Assembly: GCA_002269645.1 (NCBI GenBank)
Contig: NIVC01001249.1
Span: 62,001-126,000, forward strand
DNA: 64,000 nt
Source of the DNA: Macrostomum lignano
Taxonomy: Eukaryota
Direction: 5' to 3'
Shown here: piece after piece, positions 11,264 to 25,237 of the stretch
Layout: every line of letters begins with the position of its first letter
How positions within the stretch are numbered: the first letter of the stretch is position 1
The notes under the pieces: model-generated
What the model was told of the DNA's origin: nothing
Database searches by the model: none
Seen by the model: only the letters and a program-made list of their open reading frames with translations
Made by a program: the position numbers and the translations under genes

Positions 11264-13987
11264 CTACTCAGAGCGGTGGATCTTCATCAACTGCATTGGA
11301 GCCGAAGCGTGCGAATCAAGGAGCTGCTGACGGCTGCCGTCACCCCCAGAGACGCTGCTGCTGCCAATGTGGCTGCTGGAGATGCGAAGTCGTCTTTGAT
11401 GCAAAGCGGCAGCTCCAGCGTTATTGGGAGGCTGCGCACCGCCAGCAGCTCCGGGCTCAACCAGCAGCTGGCAGACTTGCCGACGGAAGTTGGCGCTGAA
11501 TGCGTAGAACACGAAGAAGCTGCAGGCGCTGTCGATGGTCACCAGCAGGTCGCTAACGGGCACCATCCAGTCCGGAAGCAGCTTGTGTAGCTCGAATGTG
11601 ATGAAGATGGCGCCAGGCAGCTCAAAGATGGAGAATGAGATCGCCAGCACCAGCACGATGCGGGTGGCCGTGCGCCAACTGCGAGCCTCCGAGTTCGCAG
11701 TTCCGTTGGCGTTCGCGTTGTCGTTGGTGCTGGCATTGTCGTTGGCGTTTAAGCTGGCGCTAGCGTTGTTGCTGGCGTTCGAGCTGGAGGCGTTTGTGGT
11801 GGAATCGGCTGTCTCACCAGGCTGGTTGCCCCTGGCAACAGCCAGCTGAGCGGCGGTGACGCCGGAGGCCAGCAGGATCAGCGGCACGGGCAGGTAAGTC
11901 TGAGGCGTCCTCGTCAGCGGCAGCATCACGTCCACCAGGAACCGCTCGCTGCCGCCGGCCGCCAGACGCCACGCGGCGAAGGTGCCGGGCCCGGCGGCGG
12001 CCGCGACCAGCAGCAGGACGCCGAAGCCGCACAGCTGGAAGCGGCGCGTCAGCCAGCGGCGGAAGCTGATGGGATTGAAGGTGGCCAGACAGCGGAACAC
12101 GCTGATGCAGGCCGTCCACATGTTCTTCACGGTTACGCTGAACGACACCCAGCAGTAGCTCACCTGAGAGAGAACAGATTTGTATGCGAAACATCATATT
12201 AGCTGTTGTCTGCGTTGGAGTCTCTTAGCCACGTGACCAAGGACTTATTGTTGGGCCTGGTGCGTGGGGGGTTGGGCGTGTGCTTTTACTCCGCGTATCG
12301 TTTGTGATTTTAACCCTGTGCGTGCGCCCTTTGTCTGGGCTTACGCTCTTTGCACGTCTCTGCTCTATCGTGACTTTAATGTACACTGTTGTAAATTACA
12401 ATGTACAGTGTTTTAGCCCTAGGGTTGGGGGCTGTTATTGAACCTCGCTTATAATAAATCGTATCGTTTGTCAGTGCACTTGGCACTTTCGTCTCGCTCG
12501 CAAACTCTTTGCTCTCGACTTGCACTGACCAACAATTATCACCCGAAAATTGTATGACGTAGGATTTTTTGACCCTCTCGCGCATCCCTTGACACTCACT
12601 GATGCATGAGTTGTTTCAGCAATCGAATTTTTGTTTAAAGCATTGCCAGATGAATTCGAGCTGCATGCGGCTGAATTTCTCCAGGAGCAATTAACCAACT
12701 GGCTCACATTTATCAAGCCGAGATGCTAAACGTAAATCAATTAAGCCTAAAATGCATTCGAGATATCCAAATGGCTCTCAACAGCTGTCGTCTGTCGATC
12801 TTCCTTTCTATCAACAAAAATCCAGGGTCCAGCGACAAAAATTCAGGGCAACCCTACTGAAAATCTTAGCTTAGGAAATAGTAAACGTGTTAGCTTTAAA
12901 ACGTCTTAACTTTTCAATAATGTTTTCACTAAAACAAAAATCTTCACGGTAACTTACTACCGTGAAACAAAAGCTAAACGGTAAAATGCGTTAAAGGTGT
13001 TACTATAAATATCCATTGTTAAAATAATCACTAATTTTTCAAAAAAACACCATTCATATTTCGTTCACACTATAAATGTTGTTATCGCAAAGTTGCTAAT
13101 TTTTAATCTGTTACTCAAAAATCCACTGGCAATTCTGTACGCTTTCTAACTGTTAAATTTTTTTGTCACTAGCACAATGGTTTGTGTTGTGCTTGGTTTG
13201 CGCTAAAAACGTCCAAGAAAAACTCTTTTTTCTTATAATATCTTTGAAAACGAATTCGTGCTATGGTAAAGGAGTGCTACTATAAGTTGGGACATACACC
13301 AAGGTCAAAAGCCTTCAGAACAGGCTTGCTATTAGTTCCCAAAAATTGCTGAATAGGGACTTTGTAGTTAGCTACCTTTTCAAGTCAAGTCAAAAGTAGT
13401 TAAGCCTATTTCTCAAACGCCTGAGTACAAGTGCTAAAAAATTCTCATCGACAGACAATTTCGCACTTTGCGCCTTGAGAATTGGTCTTCATGAGCGTGG
13501 ATTGCACGAGACGAATTAAACAAACCCTACATTAATGTGGCCGCGCACGGTACATTCGTTTCAGCTGCCCCATCTGCATTCTCTACATGCTGAAATCAGA
13601 AAAGGACCCGCAGATAATGCTATATTAATGAAAAAAGCCATCGAGCCAGCTCACATCGAACAACGTGTTCGCCAGTGACGCCTCTCGAGTCTGCTCCGAC
13701 AAGAGCAGCGCCAGGTCGAACGGCATGTAGCCGCAGGCGGCCAGGCAGTAGTTGACGTGGGCCAGCTGCATCAGGATGAGGCCGACGTCGAACACCTCCC
13801 GGTTGCGCAGGTACTTGCGGACCAGCAGCGTCAGCGACAGGCAGCTGAGCAGCAGGCCGGCGGCTGCTGCGGGAATGGTGACGGCCCGCACAGCGATGTA
13901 CAGCCTGCTGTACCCGGGACCCGTGGCGTTGCTGGCCTCGGGGCCATGGCTGCTGATGTTGGCGTCCGGCATCTTAGTAAAACGCAT
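11264..13987 (-). CDS. Orphan rhodopsin-like 7TM GPCR copy B (about 410 aa)
   Basis: Exon 1 13987-13655 (donor GAT|gtgagc); exon 2 12163-11264 (acceptor ctctctcag|GTG), phase 0. Seven hydrophobic segments, TM3 end ISVFRC, TM6 FSIFELP, TM7 DSACSFFVFYAFSANFRR. Confidence 0.85.
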
Positions 13988-14906
13988 TGCGATGCGGACT
14001 CGAGTTCTAGCTCTTAGATTAAAGCTTGCGTCGTGTTGGGGACTTCAGGACACTCGTCTCATGTTTTTTGTCCTTAATTGCTGGGCAAAGTCTCTGCGCA
14101 CGATTGGCCAGAGTTTCTTGCGTCTGCTAGGGCTCAGTAAACTATGAGCGGAAGCATTTGCTACTAAATGAAGTAACACTCAATTCTATTGCTCACTGGA
14201 TGCCAGGCTAGGTAAGAGCTGAATTTGGGAATCACCAACTTGTAACAAAGAGTCAGGAGCTCAAAAAAATCGACTCAATTCAGCACAATGGATGTTGAAT
14301 ACATCGAAAATTGATATTAGGCCTGAAAAAAATTTATGACAAGCATTCCTTAAAACAGCTGAGAGTAATAGTGCCCGCTGTAATGAAGCATTACAGACGA
14401 CATGTATCGTGAGTTTATGAGTGTATCGCATTGAATTTGAAAGCTGTATGCATGTGAAAGGCGAAATAAATATTCGAGATGTTCTTTCGTTGGTTTACCG
14501 CGCATTTTTTGTCTGCCCGCCAAGTTATGAATTAAACAGACTAAATATTTTCACTCGTTAAAAGCGCTTCATGACTTTTCATTCACTTTTTATTCAATGT
14601 GAGATAAGGAAAGGAATTGTCTCAGGCCAGCATATATTTTCCAGGAATCGGTGGCGTCATTAACAACCACATTTAAATTTCCTGAAGGGTTGGAATTGTG
14701 TCATTATAACATTTACATTTTTTTTCTTGGCAAATTTTAAACTTTCTGGGCGCTTACGACCGACCAATTTCTCATTTCTCCATTATCCCATTATACCAAT
14801 TATACCATTTCTCAATGCGTGTGATATTGTGATATTGTGATATTGTTGTAATATTGTCATAATGTAGGAAATTCCCGGGCGTCAATGACGAAAATTCCGG
14901 GATCTG

Positions 14907-15740
14907 TGTTATCACATACAGGAAGTTTTAAGTGTCTGAAAGTCAATAGCTTTAGCACTCAATATAGTGACAAAAGTTTATTGAAGTAAACCTTAGATCA
15001 GAACACATTTAATAAGCATCGCAGCATAGCATTGGGTGGGTGACAGAGATAAGGCATGCACGAGGGAATGGAGAAAGAGCAACGATGTACACAGAGTACG
15101 CAAACCCTCACCAGACAAAATCCACCCCAAACACTGATCCCAGAGCCCACAGTCCATAGATGATCAGAGTTAGTCAGAGTCCAACACTGCCCCCCCATCA
15201 AATTAGCACTTGTAGCAGACCGCACGTCTTGGTCGGAGCTCATAGGAAGGCCCACCAGCATTCGCGCTGTCGTTCTGAACCGTCGGCTCGTCAGCTGGTT
15301 CCGGAACGACCATCTTGGGCGTACCAGCTGGGGGCTGTAGATGCTCAGGCTCGCCAGTGCTGTCATCCTCTGGACGGTCGCTCCATTGGTTGCGGTGGGC
15401 CAGACGCAGTCCTCCAGATGGCAAATCAGTTGGCGTCACCAGAGCAGTATTTTGGCCGTGCTGAACCACGAACTTGGCCTTGACGGGTCCGGTCTCTGGG
15501 CGCATCCGAAGCCAGATAGCATCTCCGACTTGTTCAGGCATTGATAGAGGATGACGCAGCCTCCTCCCCCACATCATGATGTCCGGTGACGCTGGTCTAG
15601 ATCCACTCGGCCGGCCAGTCCTCACAGTCAGGAGCAGCTTCTGCAGGAATTGTTGAAATGGGACCACTCGGTTCCAGGTTCTCAGGCCGTCCTTCAGGCT
15701 CCTTACGAACCGTTCAGCCTGTCGCAGTAGGTTTTGTCTT
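14907..15740 (-). mobile_element. Gypsy/Ty3 LTR retrotransposon 3' remnant: integrase C-terminus, PPT and 3' LTR (14907-15186)
   Basis: QAERFVRSLKDGL...SPDIMMWGRRLR...YELRPRR stop, then polypurine tract GATGGGGGGCAG, then a 280-bp LTR with TGTT...AACA termini and an internal AATAAA. Confidence 0.85.
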
Positions 15741-17955
15741 TTAGATTGCCACTGCAAATCACAGCTGACAGTCGACCTGCAACCGGCGACGAGACAGGCA
15801 GTCATGTTTATTGAGCTGACCCCGTTACCCTGCACCATAGGTATTGGCCGGGTTGGCCCCTCTAGGTATGAATCCTGCGTCAAGATCCTTTTAACAAATC
15901 TACTTGTGACAAAGATCCTTGTGACCGATTAACCATTTAAAGGCCAAAGGCCTGCACCGCAGGCCATACCGAAACGGCCCAAAAGCCCAGAGATTCAAAA
16001 ACGTCTATGGCATCAAAAACCATCTCCCCAATCACAAATTCAAGTGCCCAGATACTGATTTAAAGAAGTCCATCATGTGCTTCCATCCTGTTTTCATTCA
16101 AATGCTAAAGGTTAAATACAATCGTAAGCATGTACATTGTACAGCTAAATACGTAGTGATGCAAAATGTACATGTGTACATGTGTACATGTGTAGTACAC
16201 GTGTTTGAATTGCACAACTTTTTCGCATCAGAACGCTGTATCAGAATTCCCGCACCCTTGCTGTGACAAATGAGTACCTTATGAAGAATTAAACTCTTGA
16301 TAATGCAGTACAATGTGTACTCCGATGGCGGCGGAGAGAGGACAGTGCAGTCCAGTGTGCTTCTGACTCAGTTGAATGTCAGTCAGATTAAAATAATCTA
16401 ATCTTTCAGCGGTGTCCTGCGGCATCCCTCCCTGCCTTTCAGAGTAATAAACGTATTCATGTTAATTTTGAATTACGAAATGTAAATTCTGAGTCAGTCT
16501 GTTTCCTTTTTTGAGATAATGAGAAACTTTGATGACACACACAGTATTTGATGCAGATCCTACGGAATCTGCAAAATCCAATTGCAGAATGTCAGGACCT
16601 CAATACAAGAATCCTGATTAGGTGAGAAAAACGTCAAATTCTCCCGACCCGATTTGGAAGTGCAGCAGCAGCGTCCTTCTACTTGATTAATCAGTGCTTT
16701 GGAAATACTACTAATAGTACCGTGACCGGTATTCTATCGGTATTCTATTTTCAAGACCTAGCTGCAGGTGCGTTATCTCAAAGTTTCGGACTGGTAGTCA
16801 AGGCTGGTAGCCGTTCTTGCCGTTCAAGGCTGGTAAACCGCGAAGTTCCCTTAGCAAATCATCCAACCGCTCGCTGACATGTGCTCGGAGTACGAACTGA
16901 TTGTGAAAATCTGAGTCATCTTCCGTATTACTTGTAAAAAAATGCTCAAAAATGCCCCCCTTCGATTCACCCCTTGATGTTATGCGTCCGTGAGCGCGGT
17001 TTGGGTTTTGCGCTTTAATAAATAACTTTTAGTGACGCATTTGCCTCTGTACGACGCTCTTGCTGCCTAGGTCTTTTATTGCTAAGTTTGCACTTTAAGT
17101 TTTTCTCTCCCTAAAAAATCGCTCAAGCTGGAAGCTGTGCTTTGGCTTCATATTTTTCCCCTTTTCTCGCCAAATTCTTTAGGAGTTTAGATGACGATTA
17201 GAAAGTCACTAGAAAGTTATTAGCATACGATATTGTAATTGTTTAGTACGAGTATAATTGGCAGCTGGGCACTAAGCTGCATCATGAGGAGGTAGAAAAT
17301 GATAGCGGGTACTGCAACCTCAAACTCGCAACAAGCCTTTCACAGTTCCGGGGTGATTCGTCAGATTACATTTACTCGAATCTTCTTAGTTGGGAATAAT
17401 GATGCAGCAGATCAGCGTCGCAATTCGTTAACCGAATTTCCGAAGTCTTGAATATTGCGCTTTGTCTTTGAGAGCCTAATCGTTTTGATTTGAGTTGCTC
17501 TTCTAACCCAGTTAGCTCCTGGATGTAATTCAACTATTGATCCATGTAAGTAAGTGTGTATACAAGCCGACTATCGTGTCACAAAGTCTCATTAGACTTT
17601 GGATTAAAAAAATTGGTTTAGAGGCTCGAGAGTGAACTGTCTCGAATCTCTTTATGTAGCTTACCTGAAAGGCACAAGACAGCTAATATAACGCTTATAA
17701 AGCGACTTGATATTTATTGGAATTTTTCGTGAAACAACTTGCTTTAGCTTTTAGGCTAAGGACGAATATTTATTAATTTAAACAAGCCTTGCGCACTTTG
17801 TCAGCTGTAGCTGCTAGCGATAGAAAGTACGTAATTAAACTGATACTAATGATGTTTTAACAGAAAATCTTAATAGATATCTTACTAGTATCAAAATCTT
17901 TCTATTTAAGTCTCTAGAATTTTGCTTTGATGCATCCCTCAAACGGTTTTGCGAC

Positions 17956-18600
17956 GTGTCTCTAGAAATGTGCAGCGTGCCCCTGGAGCTCTGCTGTAAT
18001 GTGTCTCTAGAACTCTGCTGTGATGTGTCTCTAGAGCTTTGCTGTGATGTGTCTCTAGAACTCTGCTGTGATGTGTCTCTAGAGCTTTGCTGTGATGTGT
18101 CTCTAGAACTCTGCTGTGATGTGTCTCTAGAGCTTTGCTGTGATGTGTCTCTAGAACTCTGCTGTGATGTGTCTCTAGAGCTTTGCTGTGATGTGTCTCT
18201 AGAGCTTTGCTGTGATGTGTCTCTAGAGCTTTACTGTGATGTGTCTCTAGAACTCTGCTGTGATGTGTCTCTAGAGCTTTGCTGTGATGTGTCTCTAGAG
18301 CTTTACTGTGATGTGTCTCTAGAGCTTTGCTGTGATGTGTCTCTAGAGCTTTGCTGTGATGTGTCTCTAGAGCTTTACTGTGATGTGTCTCTAGAACTCT
18401 GCTGTGATGTGTCTCTAGAGCTTTGCTGTGATGTGTCTCTAGAGCTTTACTGTGATGTGTCTCTAGAGCTTTGCTGTGATGTGTCTCTAGAGCTTTGCTG
18501 TGATGTGTCTCTAGAGCTTTACTGTGATGTGTCTCTAGAGCTTTGCTGTGATGTGTCTCTAGAGCTTTGCTGTGATGTGTCTCTAGAACTCTGCTGCGAC
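17956..18600. repeat. 24-bp minisatellite (about 27 copies)
   Basis: Unit gtgtctctagagctttgctgtgat. Confidence 0.95.
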
Positions 18601-19117
18601 GGGTCTCTGAAACTGTTCTGAGATGTGCCGTTAGATGCTGTTTTTTAGTTTCTGTAAAACGTACTTCGATATATCTCAAAATTAAATTAAACTAAACTTG
18701 GACCCTATACTCTTTTTATTCGCCTTTAATTAGACTTGAAAATCAACCTACAAGCTACATGTACATAAAATCTGATATCATGAAAGCCGCAAAGGCTCCA
18801 TAAATCCTCGAAAATAAATTTTTAGCATGAGGCTTCTCGATCGTAAACTTACTACGACCTGTGAGCGAGGTTTTCCTTCAGGCAAGTCTGTTTTTTTCAG
18901 AATGAAACACAGAAAATCACAATATAAGCACACGGGATGTTTCAGAATGCAACGCAGGGAAACAAAAGTATATTTTTCTTTATTTATTTGTCAAATTCTT
19001 TGGATAATGACAGTCCATCAGCACAAAGGGATAACAGTGAAATAGTCGTCAATTTTAGCTGTGTTCCCTGGACTACTCAAAGGATTAAATTAAGCTTCAT
19101 AAATAATTCCAAGCGCA

Positions 19118-21154
19118 CTACTGCAAATCGCGCAGCGCAATGGGCTGCTGTGACTGCACCGACATTGTCGGGACGCGCGGACCGAGCAGCTTCTGACGAC
19201 TGCTGCCGCCTCCGTCGACGCTGCTGCTGCTGCCTGTTCGGCTGCTAGTGGTGCGAAATCGATTTCGACGCTGAGCGGCGGCTCGCGTATCGGCGGGAAC
19301 CGGGCGGTCCGCACCGGCAGCTGTGGGCTCCTTCACCAGCTGCCTAACCAAGCGACGGAAGTTGGCGCTGAACGCGTAGAACACGAAAAAGCTGCAGGCG
19401 CTGTCGATGGTCACCAGCAGGTCGGTCACCGGCACCATCCAGTCTGGAAGCAGCTGGTAAATCTCAAATGTGATGAAGATGGCGCCAGGCAGCTCAAAGA
19501 TGGAGAATGAGATCGCCAGCACCAGCACGATGCGGGTGGCCGTGCTCCAACTGCGAGCCTCCGAGTTCGCAGTTCCATTGGCGTTTGCGGCGGTGTCGGC
19601 TGTCTCACCAGGCTGGTTGCTCCTGGCAACAGCCAACTGAGCGGCGGTGACGCCGGAGGCCAGCAGGATCAGCGGCACGGGCAGGTAAGTCTGAGGCGTC
19701 CTCGTCAGCGGCAGCATCACGTCCACCAGGAACCGCTCGCTGCCGCCGGCCGCCAGACGCCACGCGGCGAAGGTGCCGGGCCCGGCGGCGGCCGCGACCA
19801 GCAGCAGGACGCCGAAGCCGCACAGCTGGAAGCGGCGCGTCAGCCAGCGGCGGAAGCCGATGGGCTTGAAGGTGGCCAGACAGCGGAACACGCTGATGCA
19901 GGCCGTCCACATGTTCTTCACGGCCACGCTGAACGACACCCAGCAGTAGCTCACCTGAGAGAGAACAGTTTGAGGTGCGGCAGAAGCTCTAAAACAATCA
20001 AAGACTTGCTGAGTATTTGTCTTCAACATAAAAGGGTTGAAAGTGTTAATTACTTTCTTAGAAATTTTGCATACAACATAGGGTTTTCTCGCAACAACGC
20101 CGTGACAGTCATAGCCAATAGTCAAGTTCGCAGCCTTTTTTGACGGCCTAACGCAGGGAACTCCGAGATTATTAATACATAAGTGACCCGGCTGCCGTGA
20201 CTCGTGACCTATTCATGACTATGGCTGCCGCTCATGTTCCTTTGGGAAAATCTTCTGCCCGTCAGATCCAGAAGAAACTCTGAACTATATCAATCACATT
20301 TGCCTAATCCTCTTTCCAAGTTTAATTAGACAGTTTCTTGCGTAAAGCTTCAAGTTGTCACGCAGTTGTTAATCGGATGATAGCTGCACACCTGTACGAA
20401 AGCGAAGTCCCGCGTTGACCCTGCTTGGACTCAACCGCAGGGACATGAGGGAGGTAACCATGAACCCTCTCAGGTCAATCGCTGATTTGCTAGGCATCCA
20501 AGGAAAATCCGTATTGAGGCAACGATTCCTAATCTCAATTTACTTCAACTAGATGAGACAGTAAAACAAAGATGCTTCTCTTTGGAAATTAGCTGAGATA
20601 CTTCTATGGCTGAAATTAACACATTGTAGGCGCCAAAGTCTTCTTAAGATCTGCAAACGTAAATGTTGTTCTGATCTGCTTGGAGGGAGCTCCAAAATCT
20701 GCTTAAACTTTTCAGCTCTTTTTGGCATCCTATACTATGCGATGCTGCTTCTCTAGGTGCTGAAATAAAAAAGCACAATGAGATTATGCAATTACGAGTA
20801 ATTGATAAAGCCATCGAGCCAGCTCACATCGAACAATGTATTCGCCAGTGACGCCTCTAAAGTGTGCTCCGACATGAGCAGCGCCAGGTCGAACGGCATG
20901 TAGCCGCAGGTGGCCAGGCAGTAGTTGACGTGGGCCAGCTGCATCAGGATGAGGCCGACGTCGAACACCTCCCGGTTGCGCAGGTACTTGCGGACCAGCA
21001 GCGTCAGCGACAGGCAGCTGAGCAGCAGGCCGGCGGCGGCCGCGGGAATGGTGACGGCCCGCACTGCGATGTACAGCCTGCTGTATCCGGGAAGACTTGT
21101 CGAATTCGACGTGGAGTCGCTTCCGTTGACAGGTTTCATGGTTGCAGACTGCAT
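19118..21154 (-). CDS. Orphan rhodopsin-like 7TM GPCR copy C (about 387 aa)
   Basis: Exon 1 21154-20828; exon 2 19954-19118. Same splice sites and TM motifs as copy B. Confidence 0.85.
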
Positions 21155-22184
21155 GGTTGAGAGTTCGAAAGCAGTTCTGGTTGAAGCGAATTCTAAGAAA
21201 GAAGAAGTAGATCGGGTCTGCTCGAAAGGCAGTCCCTAGAGAGCCGAGTGGTGCTTTGAAATAAACTGTCAGAAATTTCTGCTCCTTTTCTCTCTTCCTC
21301 TCAGGTTTGGGATTTCTGTCCAATTCTCTGATTGGCTGGGGATTTCCTCTGCCTCGATCGCGTCACATTCTGCAGCGAGTATCTCAGTCGAGTGGGCGCT
21401 GTTCACCTTCAGAGTTCTGTTTTTCTTCCCTGCGAAACATCCGTTTGCTATTTGAAGTGGAGATAACGGTATGTGAAGAGTCAATAGAGCTTATTTTAGT
21501 TTATCTGTGTCCTTAGCTTCCATTATCAGTCGCTATTAAAGGACAACCAAAGCTAGGCCGTCAGCGGGAACTTCTGTTTCAGCTTTCAGATCTGAAAATC
21601 CACAGCTGTGACTTGGTTTTGGAAGTTGGCATAGAAGTCACGTGACTGCTGATCAGAGCTAGCAAATTATCCCGGACGCCAGATCCGTTGTAGTCAGGCA
21701 CTTTGAAGTATTCGATCAAAAAACACGTAGAATATTTTTTTGAACGAATGATGTTTTCGAACTTTGATCCGGCTAAAAATGTCTCTAGTTAAAATGATAT
21801 CCCAGCAAAGTAGGATTTGTTTTACTCTGCCAGGACCCCCAATCCCTGCCACCCGATACCGACAGCACGAGTAGGCAAAGGCGAAATTCGAATCTGGTAT
21901 TATTATTTTCTTCCGGTTCAATAGGCTTGTCGTGGTGTTTACAGCGAAATCCTGCACCCCCGCTGATTGACAGGCGGCGTGGGCGACAGCACGAAAGGAT
22001 AATCAAGAACAAGACTGACTCTATGCGATTTTAACGAGCTGGCGAAGGCTGGGACAGGTGCTGGCCAAAGAAAGAGGGAAGTGGAAAATAGATTGGCCGC
22101 GACTGAAGGGTGAGAAAGTGGATTGAGACTTGACTACGGAAATGGAAGTAGCAGGGCAGAGAGGAACAGAGTGTAGAGCGAGAG

Positions 22185-22695
22185 GGCAGCGAGAGGGCAG
22201 AGACGGAGAGGGCAGAGACGGAGAGGGCAGAGACGGAGAGGGCAGAGACGGAGAGGGCAGAGACGGAGAGGGCAGAGACGGAGAGGGCAGAGACGGAGAG
22301 GGCAGAGACGGAGAGGGCAGAGACGGAGAGGGCAGAGACGGAGAGGGCAGAGACGGAGAGGGCAGAGACGGAGAGGGCAGAGACGGAGAGGGCAGAGACG
22401 GAGAGGGCAGAGACGGAGAGGGCAGAGACGGAGAGGGCAGAGACGGAGAGGGCAGAGACGGAGAGGGCAGAGACGGAGAGGGCAGAGACGGAGAGGGCAG
22501 AGACGGAGAGGGCAGAGACGGAGAGGGCAGAGACGGAGAGGGCAGAGACGGAGAGGGCAGAGACGGAGAGGGCAGAGACGGAGAGGGCAGAGACGGAGAG
22601 GGCAGAGACGGAGAGGGCAGAGACGGAGGATGGCAGAGACGGAGAGGGCAGAGACGGAGAGGGCAGAGACGGAGAGGGCGGAGACGGAGAGGGTG
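22185..22695. repeat. 15-bp polypurine minisatellite (about 33 copies)
   Basis: Unit gagagggcagagacg. Confidence 0.95.
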
Positions 22696-22794
22696 GAGAC
22701 CCCTCCCCCTCCATCTCTCTGTTTTTCCTTTTCTAGAAGATTAAAACGGATTGACCATTTGGTCAATGCTCAACAATGGAAGAAGAAACTTCAA

Positions 22795-23723
<929 letters not shown>

Positions 23724-23791
23724 GGAGAGCGGAGTATTTATTTTGGCGCCGAAAAAAGCAATATCTGTCTGTCTTAGCGTCCGTCTTAGTT

Positions 23792-23872
<81 letters not shown>

Positions 23873-24333
23873 GTAAGCTGAGCATACATTTTTAAGCCGT
23901 ATTTTTACTCCACATTTTTCTTTGTACTTTTTTTATTCAAAGGCCGGAGCAGCCCTTATGCTCAGCTTGTTTTTCTAATGGCAGAAAACAAGAGTTTAGT
24001 TTAATTAGGGCCTCTCTCTGTTTTTCAAAACTCATTTCCCAGTTTTAAGGAAGTAAAAGACAAAGGAAAGCTCAATAACTGGCTTCTCCTGTCGCGCGAG
24101 TCTAATTAACGATCGGCCATTCGATTTTGCTGCCCTTGCAGGACTGACGAGCAGCTTGGCATGGATTTGAGGATTGCTGATCTAGTCAAGCTGATTGCAG
24201 CATCGCCCGCCCTACTGGCCTGGGCTGCTCTGATATTCTGAATAGCGGGGCGCACGAATGCGGGCTGATCTGTGACCACTTTGTGCTTTTTTAGAGGCTG
24301 AATTTCTAAATTTGTTAAAATATATGTTGTAGA

Positions 24334-24580
24334 AGCTCAGCCGCAGCTATTGCGCAGCGCATCTGAAGGCTGCGTACGGCTGTTCAGTCCAAGGACCGTG
24401 GGGTCCCACACAGCCTCAATTACCCCAGCTAATGCTGGCACCCATTTTACAGCTGGGTGGACTGAAGCAATACAGAGTTAAGTGTCTTGCTTTCCACAGA
24501 TTGTTCGGAGTTGCATCGGGAATCGAACCCCCGACCTTTTAGTTTTGTGAGTCCGACGCTCTAACCACTAGGCTAAAACC
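24334..24580 (-). mobile_element. Second copy of the tRNA-derived CORE-like SINE
   Basis: Reverse complement aligns with 40591-40837 over the head, core and 3' body. Confidence 0.8.
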
Positions 24581-25237
24581 CCCTCCTTCAGTGGCTTCAA
24601 AAACTGTAAATATCTTGTAAAATTTAATAATCTTTCTATCTTTCTAGCAAAAAGCTAAAAAAAACTCTAACTTGCTACTAGAACGAGTAGATGATCGTAG
24701 TTTTTGCATGTTTAGTAGTATTTCTATTATCTGTGACCGCTGTTGACTTGTATCTACCTACAACACAGCAGTACAAGCCATGCGACAGCCGATTGGCTCT
24801 GACTCTCCCAACCAATGTCAGACCAGCGGCTTCAGCCCACTGGAGCTATAGGGACAGCTCTTGGTAGGGTCCGGCAAAGCTCCCATTCTAATAGAGAAAA
24901 ATTATTCGTTTCAGATTAGGCCGCGGCTCGACTCTTGAGCGCTAGAGAGCGTGAGAAAGAGATCGCGAAAGATCCACCATCTCCAATTATATCGCTTTTG
25001 GTTCGTAGGAATCAGCTTCATCAGGCGACTGCGCAACTGTATACTCTCCCTAGTTCTGCAATCTGAGCCCGTCAAGCATCGCAGCAGCAAATTGAGGATT
25101 TTTCCTCTCGGAGCTTCCAAAGCGCCGCGCGGGTAAGTGATGGAATTCGATTGAAGCTTTTCAGATAGAATTTTGCGATTTTGGAACCATGACTCTGCAC
25201 TGTGTCATGCATTCGGAAATTCATTATCGCTAGGCAC

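Noticed and set aside
13625-13654. GPCR exon 1 extending through VSWLDGF to a later donor
   Set aside because: Copies A and B have no suitable GT before the stop. The GAT|GTGAGC donor joins exon 2 in phase 0 and gives a continuous TM3.
21635-21650. Palindromic GTCACGTGAC (E-box/CLEAR-like) upstream of GPCR copy C
   Set aside because: It is a single site and was not seen upstream of copies A or B.
24140-24190. CTGACGAG as a hammerhead ribozyme core
   Set aside because: No GAAA after a stem II and no cleavage-site helix could be formed.
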